Assembly: GCF_030013595.1 (NCBI RefSeq)
Contig: NZ_CP122771.1
Direction: 5' to 3' (one strand)
Source: Escherichia coli
Lineage (GTDB): Bacteria; Pseudomonadota; Gammaproteobacteria; Enterobacterales; Enterobacteriaceae
Length of the DNA: 64,000 nt
A program made the translations under genes and the position numbers. This document shows positions 9,604-20,358 of the stretch, one piece after another. Below the pieces are notes generated by a model. The model made no database searches. It saw only the letters and a program-made list of their open reading frames with translations, and had not been told where the DNA came from. Within the stretch, counting starts at the first letter, position 1. Every line of letters starts with the position of its first letter.

Positions 9604-11450
9604 AACGTATGTTACCTCTGATACTGGCTCTGGTTGCCGGCATGGCACAGGCTGACAGCAACAGTGATTACCGGGCCGGTTCTGATTTTGCTCACCAGAT
9701 CAAAGGACAGGGAAGCAGCAGTATTCAGGGCTTTAAGCCACAGGAGAGTATCCCCGGCTATAACGCGCATCCGGACGAGACAAAATATTACGGTGGCGTG
9801 ACTGCCGGCGGGGATGGCGGCCTGAAAAATGACGGCACCACGGAATGGGCGACCGGTGAAACCGGAAAAACCATCACAGAGTCCTTCATGAACAAGCCGA
9901 AAGACATTCTTTCACCGGATGCACCGTTCATTCAGACCGGCAGGGATGTGGTGAACCGGGCTGACAGCATTGTGGGAAACACAGGCCAGCAGTGTAGTGC
10001 ACAGCAGATAAACCGCAGTGAATTCACAAACTATACCTGTGAACGGGACACGATGGTGGAGGAGTATTGCACACGGACTGCCAGGATCACCGGAGACTGG
10101 AAATACACAGATGAATATCGTGAGGTGACGATACCGCACTCACAGTTCCGGTTCAGTATGAACGGGCTGAAACTGGTGTTCAGTGTCACGGCTCCGGTAA
10201 CCGGTACAGTGGAAAGTGCATCATTGTCTGTATACGCCGCTTTTTTCTTCCTGAACTCTCGTTATACCTTCATGAATTCAACGTTCAATGTTGGCCTGGT
10301 AAACGGGCAGTCGGGTACTTTCCCCCTGTCCGGGGCGACAGGTTTGCAGGTGACACAAGGGCAGGTTCTGACCGGCAGTGGCTGTACTGCTAACGGTAAC
10401 TGTCTTTCTGGCGGGAACGGTGACCGACAGGTTTATGAGAAACTGGCCAGCGGCGCGTCCACCTTTACACTGAAACTCAGGATGAAGGTCCGTGATAAAG
10501 AATGGGTTCCACGGGTGGAGTGGGTGGAGAGTTGTCCGTTTAATAAAGCGGATGGCGTGCTGAAAGGCACTGAGTGTTCAGAGCCGGGTGGTACGAAAAC
10601 TGGTGTGATGGAAGGTAAACCCTGGAGCATCACACAGGCGTGCTGGGCATACCGGGATAAATATGTCACACAGTCCGCAGATAATGGTACCTGTCAGAAA
10701 TATGTCGATAATCCGGCCTGTACGCTGGCCTCACGTCAGTGCGCGTTTTATTCCGATGAGGGAACCTGTCTGCATGAGTATGCCACGTACTCCTGCGAGT
10801 CAAAAACATCAGGAAAAGTGATGGTCTGTGGTGGTGATGTCTTCTGCCTTGACGGTGAATGCGATAAGGCGCAGAGCGGAAAAAACAGTGATTTTGGTGC
10901 AGCCGTATCACAGCTGGCTGCGCTTGCCGCTGCTGGTAAGGATGTTGCCGCCCTGAATGGTGTGGATGTCAGGGCTTTCACCGGCGAGGCGAAATTCTGC
11001 CGTAAGGCCGCAGCCGGCTTCAGTAACTGCTGTAAGGATGGTGGCTGGGGTCAGGATGTGGGTCTGGCGAAGTGTAACAGTGAAGAAAAGGCGCTGGGAA
11101 AGGCAAAGGACAACAAACTGACGGTGAGTGTTGGCGAGTTCTGTTCGAAAAAGGTACTCGGTGTCTGCCTGCAGAAAAAGCGCAGCTACTGCCAGTTTGA
11201 TTCGAAACTGGCGCAGATAGTCCAGCAGCAGGGGCGTAACGGGCAGCTGCGTATCGGGTTTGGCAGCGCCAAAAGTCCTGACTGTCGTGGAATAACCGTG
11301 GATGAACTGCAGCGTATTAAGTTCGACCAGCTGGACTTCACTAACTTCTACGAAGACCTGATGAATAACCAGAAAATCCCGGACAGTGGTGTTCTGACGC
11401 AGAAAGTGAAAGAACAGATTGCTGACCAGCTGAAACAGGCAGGACAGTAA
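9600..11450 (+). CDS. traN: TraN, outer-membrane mating-pair stabilisation protein
   Basis: 616 aa, signal peptide, Cys-rich C-terminal region; synteny. Confidence 0.9.
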   Translation: MKRMLPLILALVAGMAQADSNSDYRAGSDFAHQIKGQGSSSIQGFKPQESIPGYNAHPDETKYYGGVTAGGDGGLKNDGTTEWATGETGKTITESFMNKPKDILSPDAPFIQTGRDVVNRADSIVGNTGQQCSAQQINRSEFTNYTCERDTMVEEYCTRTARITGDWKYTDEYREVTIPHSQFRFSMNGLKLVFSVTAPVTGTVESASLSVYAAFFFLNSRYTFMNSTFNVGLVNGQSGTFPLSGATGLQVTQGQVLTGSGCTANGNCLSGGNGDRQVYEKLASGASTFTLKLRMKVRDKEWVPRVEWVESCPFNKADGVLKGTECSEPGGTKTGVMEGKPWSITQACWAYRDKYVTQSADNGTCQKYVDNPACTLASRQCAFYSDEGTCLHEYATYSCESKTSGKVMVCGGDVFCLDGECDKAQSGKNSDFGAAVSQLAALAAAGKDVAALNGVDVRAFTGEAKFCRKAAAGFSNCCKDGGWGQDVGLAKCNSEEKALGKAKDNKLTVSVGEFCSKKVLGVCLQKKRSYCQFDSKLAQIVQQQGRNGQLRIGFGSAKSPDCRGITVDELQRIKFDQLDFTNFYEDLMNNQKIPDSGVLTQKVKEQIADQLKQAGQ

Positions 11451-11473
11451 AGCAGGGAAAATAACCGGGGAAA

Positions 11474-11734
11474 ATGATGAAGGTCATATTCACTTCTAAT
11501 CGTATTGTTGATTTTATTATCCGGCTTTTGATTACAGCGATTGTCATTTCTCCGGTAATTATCTGGTCGTGGGATACGGTAAAAGAAACCACGGCAGACG
11601 GGATGCTTGCCGCTGCTTTCGTTATCCTTTACTCCGGTGTGCTCCTGTTTATTCTGTATTTTTGTTTTTCTGCCCTGACTGACCTGCAGAAACCTGATGA
11701 AAGAAAAAGTGATGAAAGGAATGAAGATGAATAA
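11474..11734 (+). CDS. trbE: TrbE
   Basis: 86-aa membrane protein matching F TrbE. Confidence 0.75.
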   Translation: MMKVIFTSNRIVDFIIRLLITAIVISPVIIWSWDTVKETTADGMLAAAFVILYSGVLLFILYFCFSALTDLQKPDERKSDERNEDE

Positions 11735-12470
11735 AGCATTACTGCCACTGTTACTCTGCTGCTTTATTTTTCCGGCGTCAGGAAAAGATGCAGGCTGGCA
11801 GTGGTATAACGAGAAAATAAATCCGAAGGAAAAAGAAAATAAACCTGTACCTGCAGCCCCCCGTCAGGAACCGGATATTATGCAGAAACTGGCCGCACTG
11901 CAGACGGCAACAAAGCGGGCGCTGTACGAAGCCATTCTGTATCCCGGCGTGGATAATTTTGTGAAATATTTCCGGCTGCAAAATTACTGGACTCAGCAGG
12001 CCGGGCTTTTCACCATGAGCGCCAGAAAGGCCATGCTGGCGCATCCCGAACTGGACTATAACCTGCAGTACAGCCATTACAACGGCACGGTCCGGAACCA
12101 GCTGGCGGCAGACCAGGCGCAGCAGCGACAGGCCATTGCGAAACTGGCTGAACACTACGGCATCATGTTTTTTTACCGGGGGCAGGACCCCATCGACGGG
12201 CAACTGGCGCAGGTCATTAATGGCTTCCGGGATACGTATGGTCTGAGTGTTATTCCCGTTTCCGTGGATGGCGTGATTAATCCGCTGTTGCCGGATTCCC
12301 GGACTGACCAGGGGCAGGCGCAGCGCCTCGGCGTGAAATATTTCCCGGCCATGATGCTGGTTGACCCGAAACAGGGCAGTGTTCGCCCGTTATCATACGG
12401 CTTTATTTCGCAGGACGACCTGGCAAAACAGTTCCTGAACGTTTCTGAAGATTTTAAACCCAATTTTTAA
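11727..12470 (+). CDS. traF: TraF, thioredoxin-fold pilus assembly protein
   Basis: Starts MNKALLPLLLCCFIFPASG as in F TraF; ORF extends upstream to 11697. Confidence 0.9.
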   Translation: MNKALLPLLLCCFIFPASGKDAGWQWYNEKINPKEKENKPVPAAPRQEPDIMQKLAALQTATKRALYEAILYPGVDNFVKYFRLQNYWTQQAGLFTMSARKAMLAHPELDYNLQYSHYNGTVRNQLAADQAQQRQAIAKLAEHYGIMFFYRGQDPIDGQLAQVINGFRDTYGLSVIPVSVDGVINPLLPDSRTDQGQAQRLGVKYFPAMMLVDPKQGSVRPLSYGFISQDDLAKQFLNVSEDFKPNF

Positions 12471-12485
12471 TCGCGGATTTGATTT

Positions 12486-12833
12486 ATGAGTGAAGATTAT
12501 TTGAAAATGTTTACAGGTGTTGTTCTGTTAATATTTGTCATTATTGCCGGTTATTTCTTTTCTGAGCGTAATGACAGGAAAATGTTTCTCCTGAGCTCAC
12601 TGGTTTTCCTTGTTATTAATATCGCGTGTTTATATGTGCTTACCGCCAGTCTCTGGTTTCTGTGTGGTGCAATTATGAGTCAGGGCGCAGCACTGGTTGT
12701 TTCAATAGTTGCGGCCGCATTACCGGACGTTACGAGCTTCGACAGGTTCAGAAGAATATTTATCTGTATTATGTTGTCATCGGTATGGTCCGGAGTGATG
12801 TGGTTTTTTATAAGGGGGCTTATGACAGGCTAA
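12486..12833 (+). CDS. trbA: TrbA
   Basis: 115-aa polytopic membrane protein; synteny. Confidence 0.7.
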   Translation: MSEDYLKMFTGVVLLIFVIIAGYFFSERNDRKMFLLSSLVFLVINIACLYVLTASLWFLCGAIMSQGAALVVSIVAAALPDVTSFDRFRRIFICIMLSSVWSGVMWFFIRGLMTG

Positions 12834-12888
12834 GTCATATAAAACGGTCATAAAAACCATACAAAATAATGAGGTTGATTACTGAAGA

Positions 12889-13149
12889 TCATATGATAAA
12901 CCATACCGCAATCCAGTGGCTTCTGAATAGCTCGCAAAAATAAATATAGATAATTGAAAATAACCATAATACAACGATGCCTGCTGCGATACTTAATAAA
13001 CTTATTACAAGATAGTCAGGGAAGGCATTGACCGGTAATGAATGTGATGCTGCATATATCAGCGCAATAATTGCCGCATTTCCCAGTAACGACTCTCTTA
13101 TTATGTTTCTGATTATTTCCAGTTTTTCTTTAAAAGATCGCTTTTCCAT
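12889..13149 (-). CDS. artA: ArtA-like membrane protein, antisense within tra operon
   Basis: 86-aa minus-strand ORF between trbA and traQ, the position artA occupies in F; AT-rich. Confidence 0.5.
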   Translation of the reverse strand: MEKRSFKEKLEIIRNIIRESLLGNAAIIALIYAASHSLPVNAFPDYLVISLLSIAAGIVVLWLFSIIYIYFCELFRSHWIAVWFII

Positions 13150-13229
13150 TTGTACCTCTGATTAATATCACACAAACGCGAATATTACAGACATGAATAC
13201 TCTCATGTAAATAATAACCGGAGTTTAAC

Positions 13230-13514
13230 ATGATAAGTAAACGCAGATTCTCTTTACCCCGGCTTGATATTACGGGAATGTGGGTATTTTCCCTGGGTGT
13301 CTGGTTTCATATCGTCGCCCGTCTTGTTTACAGCAAACCCTGGATGGCTTTTTTTCTGGCGGAGCTGATTGCGGCCATCCTTGTGCTGTTCGGCGCATAC
13401 CAGGTGCTGGATGCATGGATTGCCCGTGTCAGCCGGGAAGAGCGTGAGGCACTGGAAGCCAGGCAACAGGCCATGATGGCAGAGCAGCAGGAGGGCGGAC
13501 ATGTCTCTCACTAA
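13230..13514 (+). CDS. traQ: TraQ, pilin chaperone
   Basis: 94 aa starting MISKRRFSLPRLDITGMWVF, matching F TraQ. Confidence 0.85.
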   Translation: MISKRRFSLPRLDITGMWVFSLGVWFHIVARLVYSKPWMAFFLAELIAAILVLFGAYQVLDAWIARVSREEREALEARQQAMMAEQQEGGHVSH

Positions 13515-14046
13515 ATTACTGCCGGTCATTTTGTTGATGATGGCCACAGGTGTGCAGGCCTCCACCCGGGATGAAATTGAACGACTCTGGAATCCGCAGG
13601 GTATGGCCGCGCAGCCTGCACAACCGGCAGCAGACACATCAGCCAGGACAGAAAAGCCGGCTCCCCGCTGGTTCCGCCTCAGCAACGGCAGGCAGGTTAA
13701 CCTGGCCGACTGGAAGGTGGTGCTGTTTATGCAGGGGCATTGCCCTTACTGCCACCAGTTTGACCCGGTACTGAAGCAGTTGGCACAGCAGTACGGCTTT
13801 TCCGTTTTTCCCTACACCCTGGATGGTCAGGGGGATACCGCCTTTCCGGAAGCATTACCGGTGCCACCGGAGGTGATGCAGACCTTCTTCCCGAATATCC
13901 CGGTGGCCACACCGACCACCTTCCTGGTCAACGTCAACACGCTTGAGGCATTACCGCTTTTACAGGGGGCAACGGATGCCGCCGGTTTTATGGCGCGGAT
14001 GGATACCGTTCTGCAGATGTACGGAGGAAAAAAAGGTGCGAAATAA
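13501..14046 (+). CDS. trbB: TrbB, thioredoxin-like disulfide isomerase
   Basis: 181 aa, signal peptide, CPYC active site. Confidence 0.85.
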   Translation: MSLTKLLPVILLMMATGVQASTRDEIERLWNPQGMAAQPAQPAADTSARTEKPAPRWFRLSNGRQVNLADWKVVLFMQGHCPYCHQFDPVLKQLAQQYGFSVFPYTLDGQGDTAFPEALPVPPEVMQTFFPNIPVATPTTFLVNVNTLEALPLLQGATDAAGFMARMDTVLQMYGGKKGAK

Positions 14047-14317
14047 GCAGGTGGTGTTACTCATTGCCGGAATATCCGGCATCGCGACGGGAATAATCGT
14101 CAGCCTGAATATCCCCTTTATCCGTCAGGGGCTTTTTTATCCCGCCAGCCCTGTAGAAATTGTCGTTTCGCTGTGCCTTACCTTTTCTGTTTCTGTTGTG
14201 TTTTTTGTGGGGGCAATTGTGGGATGGATTTTGGTGTCTGAAATATATTACAGCTGCATGACCAGTCTGAATAAATTATCAGAAATATCAGAGGGAACTT
14301 ATAATGAAAGAAAATAA
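14036..14317 (+). CDS. trbJ: TrbJ
   Basis: GTG start giving MRNKQVVLLIAG...; small membrane protein; synteny. Confidence 0.65.
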   Translation: MRNKQVVLLIAGISGIATGIIVSLNIPFIRQGLFYPASPVEIVVSLCLTFSVSVVFFVGAIVGWILVSEIYYSCMTSLNKLSEISEGTYNERK

Positions 14318-14696
14318 AAATAATCCTGAACTCAAAATCAGAAGTACAGAACGAGATTATAAATACATTTCCAGAATTACTGACAGGTATGCTGTATTGT
14401 CTCTGGTATTCCTGACTGCCGGAATTGTTTTATGGATAGTTATGAATATTATTTTTGATGCCTGTATTGATTCGTGGAAAGCGGACCCGGAATTAAATAA
14501 CGTACGTTATATGTGGAACATCCTGATGTATGCCATTCCGTGTACGTTATGGGCGCTTGCATCCGGCTTTTTTGTTGCGGGTTATCTGCTGCCTTTATGT
14601 GCGTTACCAGTCAGAAATATCAGGATATTCCTGTTGAAACGCCGTATGCGCCGGGAGAACACATTAAGGGAGGGCAGCAATAATGCTTCGCATTAA
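14304..14696 (+). CDS. trbF: TrbF
   Basis: 130-aa membrane protein; synteny. Confidence 0.7.
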   Translation: MKENKNNPELKIRSTERDYKYISRITDRYAVLSLVFLTAGIVLWIVMNIIFDACIDSWKADPELNNVRYMWNILMYAIPCTLWALASGFFVAGYLLPLCALPVRNIRIFLLKRRMRRENTLREGSNNASH

Positions 14697-16056
14697 GCCT
14701 CTTTTTATTCTTTGTGCCGCCTTACTGACGGTGACGCCTGCAGCGTCAGCGGATGTGAACAGCGACATGAATCAGTTCTTTAACAAGCTGGGCTTCGCCT
14801 CCAATACCACACAGTCGGGCGTCTGGCAGGGGCAGGCTGCCGGCTATGCTTACGGCGGCTCCCTGTATGCCCGTACTCAGGTCAAAAATGTTCAGCTGAT
14901 TTCCATGACGCTGCCGGATATCAATGCCGGATGTGGCGGCATCGATGCCTACCTCGGTTCGTTCAGTTTTATTAATGGCGAGCAGCTGCAGCGTTTTGTT
15001 AAGCAGATTATGAGCAATGCTGCCGGTTACTTCTTTGACCTTGCCCTGCAGACAACGGTGCCGGAAATTAAAACCGCAAAAGACTTCCTGCAGAAAATGG
15101 CAAGCGACATTAACAGTATGAACCTCAGTTCCTGCCAGGCGGCGCAGGGGATTATCGGCGGGCTTTTCCCCCGGACGCAGGTGTCCCAGCAAAAAGTCTG
15201 TCAGGACATTGCCGGTGAGAGCAATATTTTTGCTGACTGGGCGGCTTCCCGGCAGGGATGTACCGTTGGCGGTAAATCTGACAGCGTCAGGGATAAAGCC
15301 AGCGACAAGGATAAGGAGCGGGTGACCAAAAACATTAACATCATGTGGAATGCGCTTTCCAAAAACAGAATGTTTGACGGCAACAAAGAGCTGAAAGAGT
15401 TTGTGATGACGCTGACCGGCTCACTGGTGTTTGGTCCCAACGGCGAAATCACACCGCTGTCGGCCAGAACCTCTGACCGCTCAATTATCCGGGCCATGAT
15501 GGAAGGCGGCACAGCAAAAATTTATCACTGCAACGATTCTGATAAATGCCTGAAAGTGGTGGCTGACACACCGGTGACCATCAGCCGGGATAATGCACTG
15601 AAGTCTCAGATTACTAAACTTCTGGCCAGCATTCAGAACAAAGCGGTCAGTGACACGCCTCTGGATGACAAGGAAAAAGGTTTTATTTCCAGTACCACCA
15701 TCCCCGTCTTCAAATACCTGGTTGACCCGCAGATGCTCGGTGTTTCCAACAGTATGATTTACCAGCTGACGGACTATATCGGTTACGACATCCTGCTGCA
15801 GTACATTCAGGAGCTGATACAGCAGGCCCGGGCGATGGTGGCCACGGGAAATTATGACGAAGCAGTTATCGAACATATTAACGACAATATGAATGATGCC
15901 ACCCGGCAGATTGCGGCGTTTCAGTCACAGGTGCAGGTACAGCAGGATGCGCTGCTGGTTGTCGATCGTCAGATGAGCTACATGCGTCAGCAGCTTTCCG
16001 CCCGCATGCTCAGTCGTTACCAGAACAACTATCACTTCGGAGGGAGCACACTGTGA
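14683..16056 (+). CDS. traH: TraH, pilus assembly protein
   Basis: 457 aa with signal peptide; synteny. Confidence 0.9.
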   Translation: MLRIKPLFILCAALLTVTPAASADVNSDMNQFFNKLGFASNTTQSGVWQGQAAGYAYGGSLYARTQVKNVQLISMTLPDINAGCGGIDAYLGSFSFINGEQLQRFVKQIMSNAAGYFFDLALQTTVPEIKTAKDFLQKMASDINSMNLSSCQAAQGIIGGLFPRTQVSQQKVCQDIAGESNIFADWAASRQGCTVGGKSDSVRDKASDKDKERVTKNINIMWNALSKNRMFDGNKELKEFVMTLTGSLVFGPNGEITPLSARTSDRSIIRAMMEGGTAKIYHCNDSDKCLKVVADTPVTISRDNALKSQITKLLASIQNKAVSDTPLDDKEKGFISSTTIPVFKYLVDPQMLGVSNSMIYQLTDYIGYDILLQYIQELIQQARAMVATGNYDEAVIEHINDNMNDATRQIAAFQSQVQVQQDALLVVDRQMSYMRQQLSARMLSRYQNNYHFGGSTL

Positions 16057-18875
16057 ATGAAGTTTATGTGATTGCCGGTGGTGAGTGGTTGCGGAATAAC
16101 CTGAATGCCATTGCCGCCTTTATGGGGACCCGGACGTGGGATTCCATTGAAAAAATTGCGCTCACATTGTCTGTTCTCGCGGTGGCCGTAATGTGGGTAC
16201 AGCGGCACAACGTGATGGATTTGCTGGGCTGGGTGGCCGTGTTTGTGCTTATCAGCCTACTGGTTAATGTCCGCACATCGGTGCAGATTATTGATAACAG
16301 TGACCTGGTCAAAGTTCACCGGGTGGATAATGTGCCGGTCGGACTGGCGATGCCACTTTCACTGACGACCCGTATCGGGCATGCAATGGTGGCCAGTTAC
16401 GAGATGATCTTCACGCAACCGGACAGTGTCACCTACAGCAAAACGGGGATGCTGTTTGGCGCAGAACTGGTATCAAAAAGCACCGACTTTTTGTCCCGTA
16501 ATCCGGAGATCGCCAATCTTTTCCAGGATTATGTGCAGAACTGCGTGATGGGGGATATTTACCTGAACCACAAATACACGCTGGAGGAACTGATGGCCTC
16601 CGCTGATCCTTACACGCTGATTTTTTCCCGCCCCAGTCCGCTGCGGGGCGTTTATGACAGCAATAATAATTTCGTGACCTGTAAGGACGCGTCGGTTTCG
16701 CTGAAAGACAAGCTGAATCTGGACACACAGAGTGGCGGAAAAACATGGCATTATTATGCCCAGCAGCTATTTGGTGGACGCCCTGATCCGAACCTGTTGT
16801 TCAGTACGCTGATTGGCGACAGTTACAGTTACTTCTATGGCTCAAGTAAATCAGCCAGCCAGATCATCCGCCAGAATGTCACCATCAATGCGCTGAAGGA
16901 GGGGATCACCAGTTATGCCGCACGTAATGGTGATTCGGCCAGCCTGGTGAATCTGGCCACCACATCATCGATGGAGAAGCAACGTCTGGCACATGTCTCC
17001 ATCGGTCATGTGGCGATGCGGACACTGCCCATGACGCAGACCATCCTGACGGGGATCGCCATCGGTATTTTCCCGCTCCTGGTACTGGCGGCTGTCTTCA
17101 ACAAACTGACGCTGTCCGTCCTGAAAGGCTATGTGTTTGCCCTGATGTGGTTGCAGTCATGGCCAATGTTGTACGCCATTCTGAACAGCGCCATGACATT
17201 TTATGCGAAGCAGAATGGTGCACCGGTGGTGCTCTCGGAAATTTCACAGATACAGCTGAAATACTCCGATCTGGCTTCCACTGCCGGGTATCTTTCCATG
17301 ATGATCCCGCCATTATCCTGGATGATGGTCAGGGGGCTCGGGGCAGGATTTTCCAGTGTGTACAGCCATTTCGCTTCCTCTGCTATCAGCCCGACCGCCA
17401 GTGCAGCAGGCAGTGTGGTTGACGGTAATTACTCCTACGGCAACATGCAGACGGAGAACGTGAACGGCTTCAGCTGGAGCACCAACAGCACCACGTCGTT
17501 TGGTCAGATGATGTACCAGACCGGCAGTGGCGCAACCGCCACACAGACCCGTGACGGTAATATGGTGATGGATGCAAGCGGAGCTATGTCCCGGTTACCG
17601 GTCGGCATCAATGCAACGCGTCAGATTGCGGCAGCACAACAGGAAATGGCCCGGGAAGCATCGAACAGAGCAGAAAGTGCCCTGCATGGTTTCAGCAGCA
17701 GTATTGCCAGTGCCTGGAACACGCTCAGTCAGTTTGGTTCTAACCGGGGGAGCAGTGACTCTGTCACCGGTGGTGCTGACAGTACGATGAGTGCACAGGA
17801 CTCCATGATGGCCAGCCGTATGCGCAGTGCAGTGGAAAGCTATGCGAAGGCGCATAATATCAGTAATGAGCAGGCGACTCAGGAACTGGCATCCAGAAGT
17901 ACGAGAGCTTCTGCCGGGATGTATGGAGATGCTCATGCTGAATGGGGGGTTAAACCTAAAATTCTTGGTGTTGGTGGCGGCTTAGGTGTTAAAGGTGGTG
18001 GTCGCGCTGGTATTGATTGGGAAGATAATGATGCGCATACGGCAAGTAGTAATACTCAGTCGAGCCATAATGCTCGTCATGATATCGATGCCAGAGCTAC
18101 ACAAGACTTTAAAGAGGCCAGCGATTACTTTACCAGTCGCAAGGTCAGTGAGTCCGGCAGCCATACTGACAATAATGCTGATTCCCGTGTGGATCAGTTG
18201 TCTGCAGCCCTGAATTCAGCGAAGCAGAGTTACGACCAGTTCACGACGAATATGACCCGCAGCCATGAATATGCTGAAATGGCATCCCGTACTGAAAGCA
18301 TGAGTGGGCAGATGAGTGAAGACTTGTCGCAACAGTTTGCACAGTATGTAATGAAACACGCGCCACAGGATGCAGAAGCTATTCTGACAAACACCAGTTC
18401 ACCGGAGATTGCAGAACGTCGTCGGGCGATGGCCTGGTCTTTTGTGCAGGAACAGGTACAGCCTGGTGTTGATAATGCCTGGCGGGAATCCCGTGGCGAT
18501 ATTGGTAAAGGAATGGAGAGCGTACCTTCGGGTGGTGGCAGTCAGGATATTATTGCTGACCATCAGGGACATCAGGCCATTATTGAGCAAAGAACGCAGG
18601 ACAGTAATATCCGTAATGATGTAAAACATCAGGTTGATAATATGGTCACAGAATATAAAGGGAATATAGGTGATACTCAGAACAGCATACGTGGCGAGGA
18701 AAATATTGTAAGAGGACAGTATTCTGAGCTGCAGAATCACCATAAAACAGAGGCATTATCTCAGGATAATAAATATAATGAAGAAAAGTCGGCTCAGGAA
18801 AGAATGCCCGGGGCTGACAGTCCACAGGAACTTATGAAAAGGGCAAAGGAATATCAGGATAAGTATAAGCAATAA
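16053..18875 (+). CDS. traG: TraG, mating-pair stabilisation and entry exclusion target (VirB6-like N-terminal domain)
   Basis: 940 aa, polytopic N-terminal half and hydrophilic C-terminal half; synteny. Confidence 0.9.
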   Translation: MNEVYVIAGGEWLRNNLNAIAAFMGTRTWDSIEKIALTLSVLAVAVMWVQRHNVMDLLGWVAVFVLISLLVNVRTSVQIIDNSDLVKVHRVDNVPVGLAMPLSLTTRIGHAMVASYEMIFTQPDSVTYSKTGMLFGAELVSKSTDFLSRNPEIANLFQDYVQNCVMGDIYLNHKYTLEELMASADPYTLIFSRPSPLRGVYDSNNNFVTCKDASVSLKDKLNLDTQSGGKTWHYYAQQLFGGRPDPNLLFSTLIGDSYSYFYGSSKSASQIIRQNVTINALKEGITSYAARNGDSASLVNLATTSSMEKQRLAHVSIGHVAMRTLPMTQTILTGIAIGIFPLLVLAAVFNKLTLSVLKGYVFALMWLQSWPMLYAILNSAMTFYAKQNGAPVVLSEISQIQLKYSDLASTAGYLSMMIPPLSWMMVRGLGAGFSSVYSHFASSAISPTASAAGSVVDGNYSYGNMQTENVNGFSWSTNSTTSFGQMMYQTGSGATATQTRDGNMVMDASGAMSRLPVGINATRQIAAAQQEMAREASNRAESALHGFSSSIASAWNTLSQFGSNRGSSDSVTGGADSTMSAQDSMMASRMRSAVESYAKAHNISNEQATQELASRSTRASAGMYGDAHAEWGVKPKILGVGGGLGVKGGGRAGIDWEDNDAHTASSNTQSSHNARHDIDARATQDFKEASDYFTSRKVSESGSHTDNNADSRVDQLSAALNSAKQSYDQFTTNMTRSHEYAEMASRTESMSGQMSEDLSQQFAQYVMKHAPQDAEAILTNTSSPEIAERRRAMAWSFVQEQVQPGVDNAWRESRGDIGKGMESVPSGGGSQDIIADHQGHQAIIEQRTQDSNIRNDVKHQVDNMVTEYKGNIGDTQNSIRGEENIVRGQYSELQNHHKTEALSQDNKYNEEKSAQERMPGADSPQELMKRAKEYQDKYKQ

Positions 18876-18890
18876 TGCTGTTTTTGGGAG

Positions 18891-19376
18891 ATGATAATGA
18901 GATGTTTAACCCATATTGCTCTGGTAGCGGTGATACAGTTTATCGCCTGTTATCTGGCTGGTTGGGAGAATGCCGAAACAATTTTTATGCTGTTCTTCAT
19001 AGTACTATGGCAGGGACTGTTTATATGGTTGTTCTCTCAAATACGAAAAAAACGGAATGTGTCGGATGAGTTTAAGTTTAGTAAAGGCGTTTGGTATATA
19101 ACGATGCCAGTATCTTCCTTACTCTCTCCATTATTAAGCCTGATGGTTTTTATCATTGGTACACTATACGAATTAAGGCGAGTTAGTGGTTGTGTAAGTG
19201 TAAGAGAATGGATGCAATCTCAGGTAAATGAACAAACTAATGAAGATTTGCATCTGGATTTTGATAATATGGATTTTCATCGTACTAATCCTGCAACAGG
19301 ATTACCTATGTCAGGTATTGGTGTGGATATCGGTGGTAATTCATATGGTTATTGTTCAAAACGATATGATGAGTGA
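18891..19376 (+). CDS. traS: TraS, entry exclusion inner-membrane protein
   Basis: 161-aa hydrophobic AT-rich ORF between traG and traT; assigned by position. Confidence 0.65.
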   Translation: MIMRCLTHIALVAVIQFIACYLAGWENAETIFMLFFIVLWQGLFIWLFSQIRKKRNVSDEFKFSKGVWYITMPVSSLLSPLLSLMVFIIGTLYELRRVSGCVSVREWMQSQVNEQTNEDLHLDFDNMDFHRTNPATGLPMSGIGVDIGGNSYGYCSKRYDE

Positions 19377-19424
19377 ATCTTAATTTGTATATTATGACGT
19401 TTTATTCAATATGAAGGAACATTG

Positions 19425-20156
19425 ATGAAAATGAAAAAATTGATGATGGTTGCACTGGTCAGTTCCACTCTGGCCCTTTCAGGGTGTGGTGCGATGAGCA
19501 CAGCAATCAAGAAGCGTAACCTTGAGGTGAAGACTCAGATGAGTGAGACCATCTGGCTTGAACCCGCCAGCGAACGCACGGTATTTCTGCAGATCAAAAA
19601 CACGTCTGATAAAGACATGAGTGGGCTGCAGGGCAAAATTGCTGATGCTGTGAAAGCAAAAGGATATCAGGTGGTGACTTCTCCGGATAAAGCCTACTAC
19701 TGGATTCAGGCGAATGTGCTGAAGGCCGATAAGATGGATCTGCGGGAATCTCAGGGATGGCTGAACCGTGGTTATGAAGGCGCAGCAGTTGGTGCAGCGT
19801 TAGGTGCCGGTATCACCGGATATAATTCCAGTTCTGCCGGTGCCACACTCGGTGTGGGCCTTGCTGCCGGTCTGGTGGGTATGGCTGCAGATGCGATGGT
19901 GGAAGATGTGAACTATACCATGATCACGGATGTGCAGATTGCAGAGCGTACTAAGGCAACGGTGACAACGGATAATGTTGCCGCCCTGCGTCAGGGCACA
20001 TCAGGTGCGAAAATTCAGACCAGTACTGAAACAGGTAACCAGCATAAATACCAGACCCGTGTGGTCTCAAATGCGAACAAGGTTAACCTGAAATTTGAAG
20101 AGGCGAAGCCTGTTCTCGAAGACCAGCTGGCCAAATCAATCGCAAATATTCTCTGA
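19425..20156 (+). CDS. traT: TraT, surface exclusion/serum-resistance lipoprotein
   Basis: Lipobox LALSGCGAM; matches F TraT. Confidence 0.9.
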   Translation: MKMKKLMMVALVSSTLALSGCGAMSTAIKKRNLEVKTQMSETIWLEPASERTVFLQIKNTSDKDMSGLQGKIADAVKAKGYQVVTSPDKAYYWIQANVLKADKMDLRESQGWLNRGYEGAAVGAALGAGITGYNSSSAGATLGVGLAAGLVGMAADAMVEDVNYTMITDVQIAERTKATVTTDNVAALRQGTSGAKIQTSTETGNQHKYQTRVVSNANKVNLKFEEAKPVLEDQLAKSIANIL

Positions 20157-20192
20157 ACCTCGTCAGGAGGCTGGTCTGACCGGCCTCCTTGC

Positions 20193-20252
20193 TGACGCCT
20201 CGCGTTGCTCGTTGTCCAACCCCGGGACGTAACAAAATAAATTTTGTCACTT
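20193..20252. repeat. Conserved hairpin-containing intergenic motif, copy 1 (second copy at 32239-32312)
   Basis: Shared flanks tgacgcctcgcgttgctc-ttgtccaaccccggga ... cccggcgtttc; outer stem ccggga/tcccgg retained, inner stem differs between copies. Confidence 0.6.
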
Positions 20253-20358
20253 CCCGGCGTTTCCGAAATAAATATGAAAACACTGAGCGGTTGTGCAAAT
20301 TCTTTGTGCGACCGTGAAGTGTTGCCGGCGAAGCCGGGATCTTCCGGAGAAAGTCATT

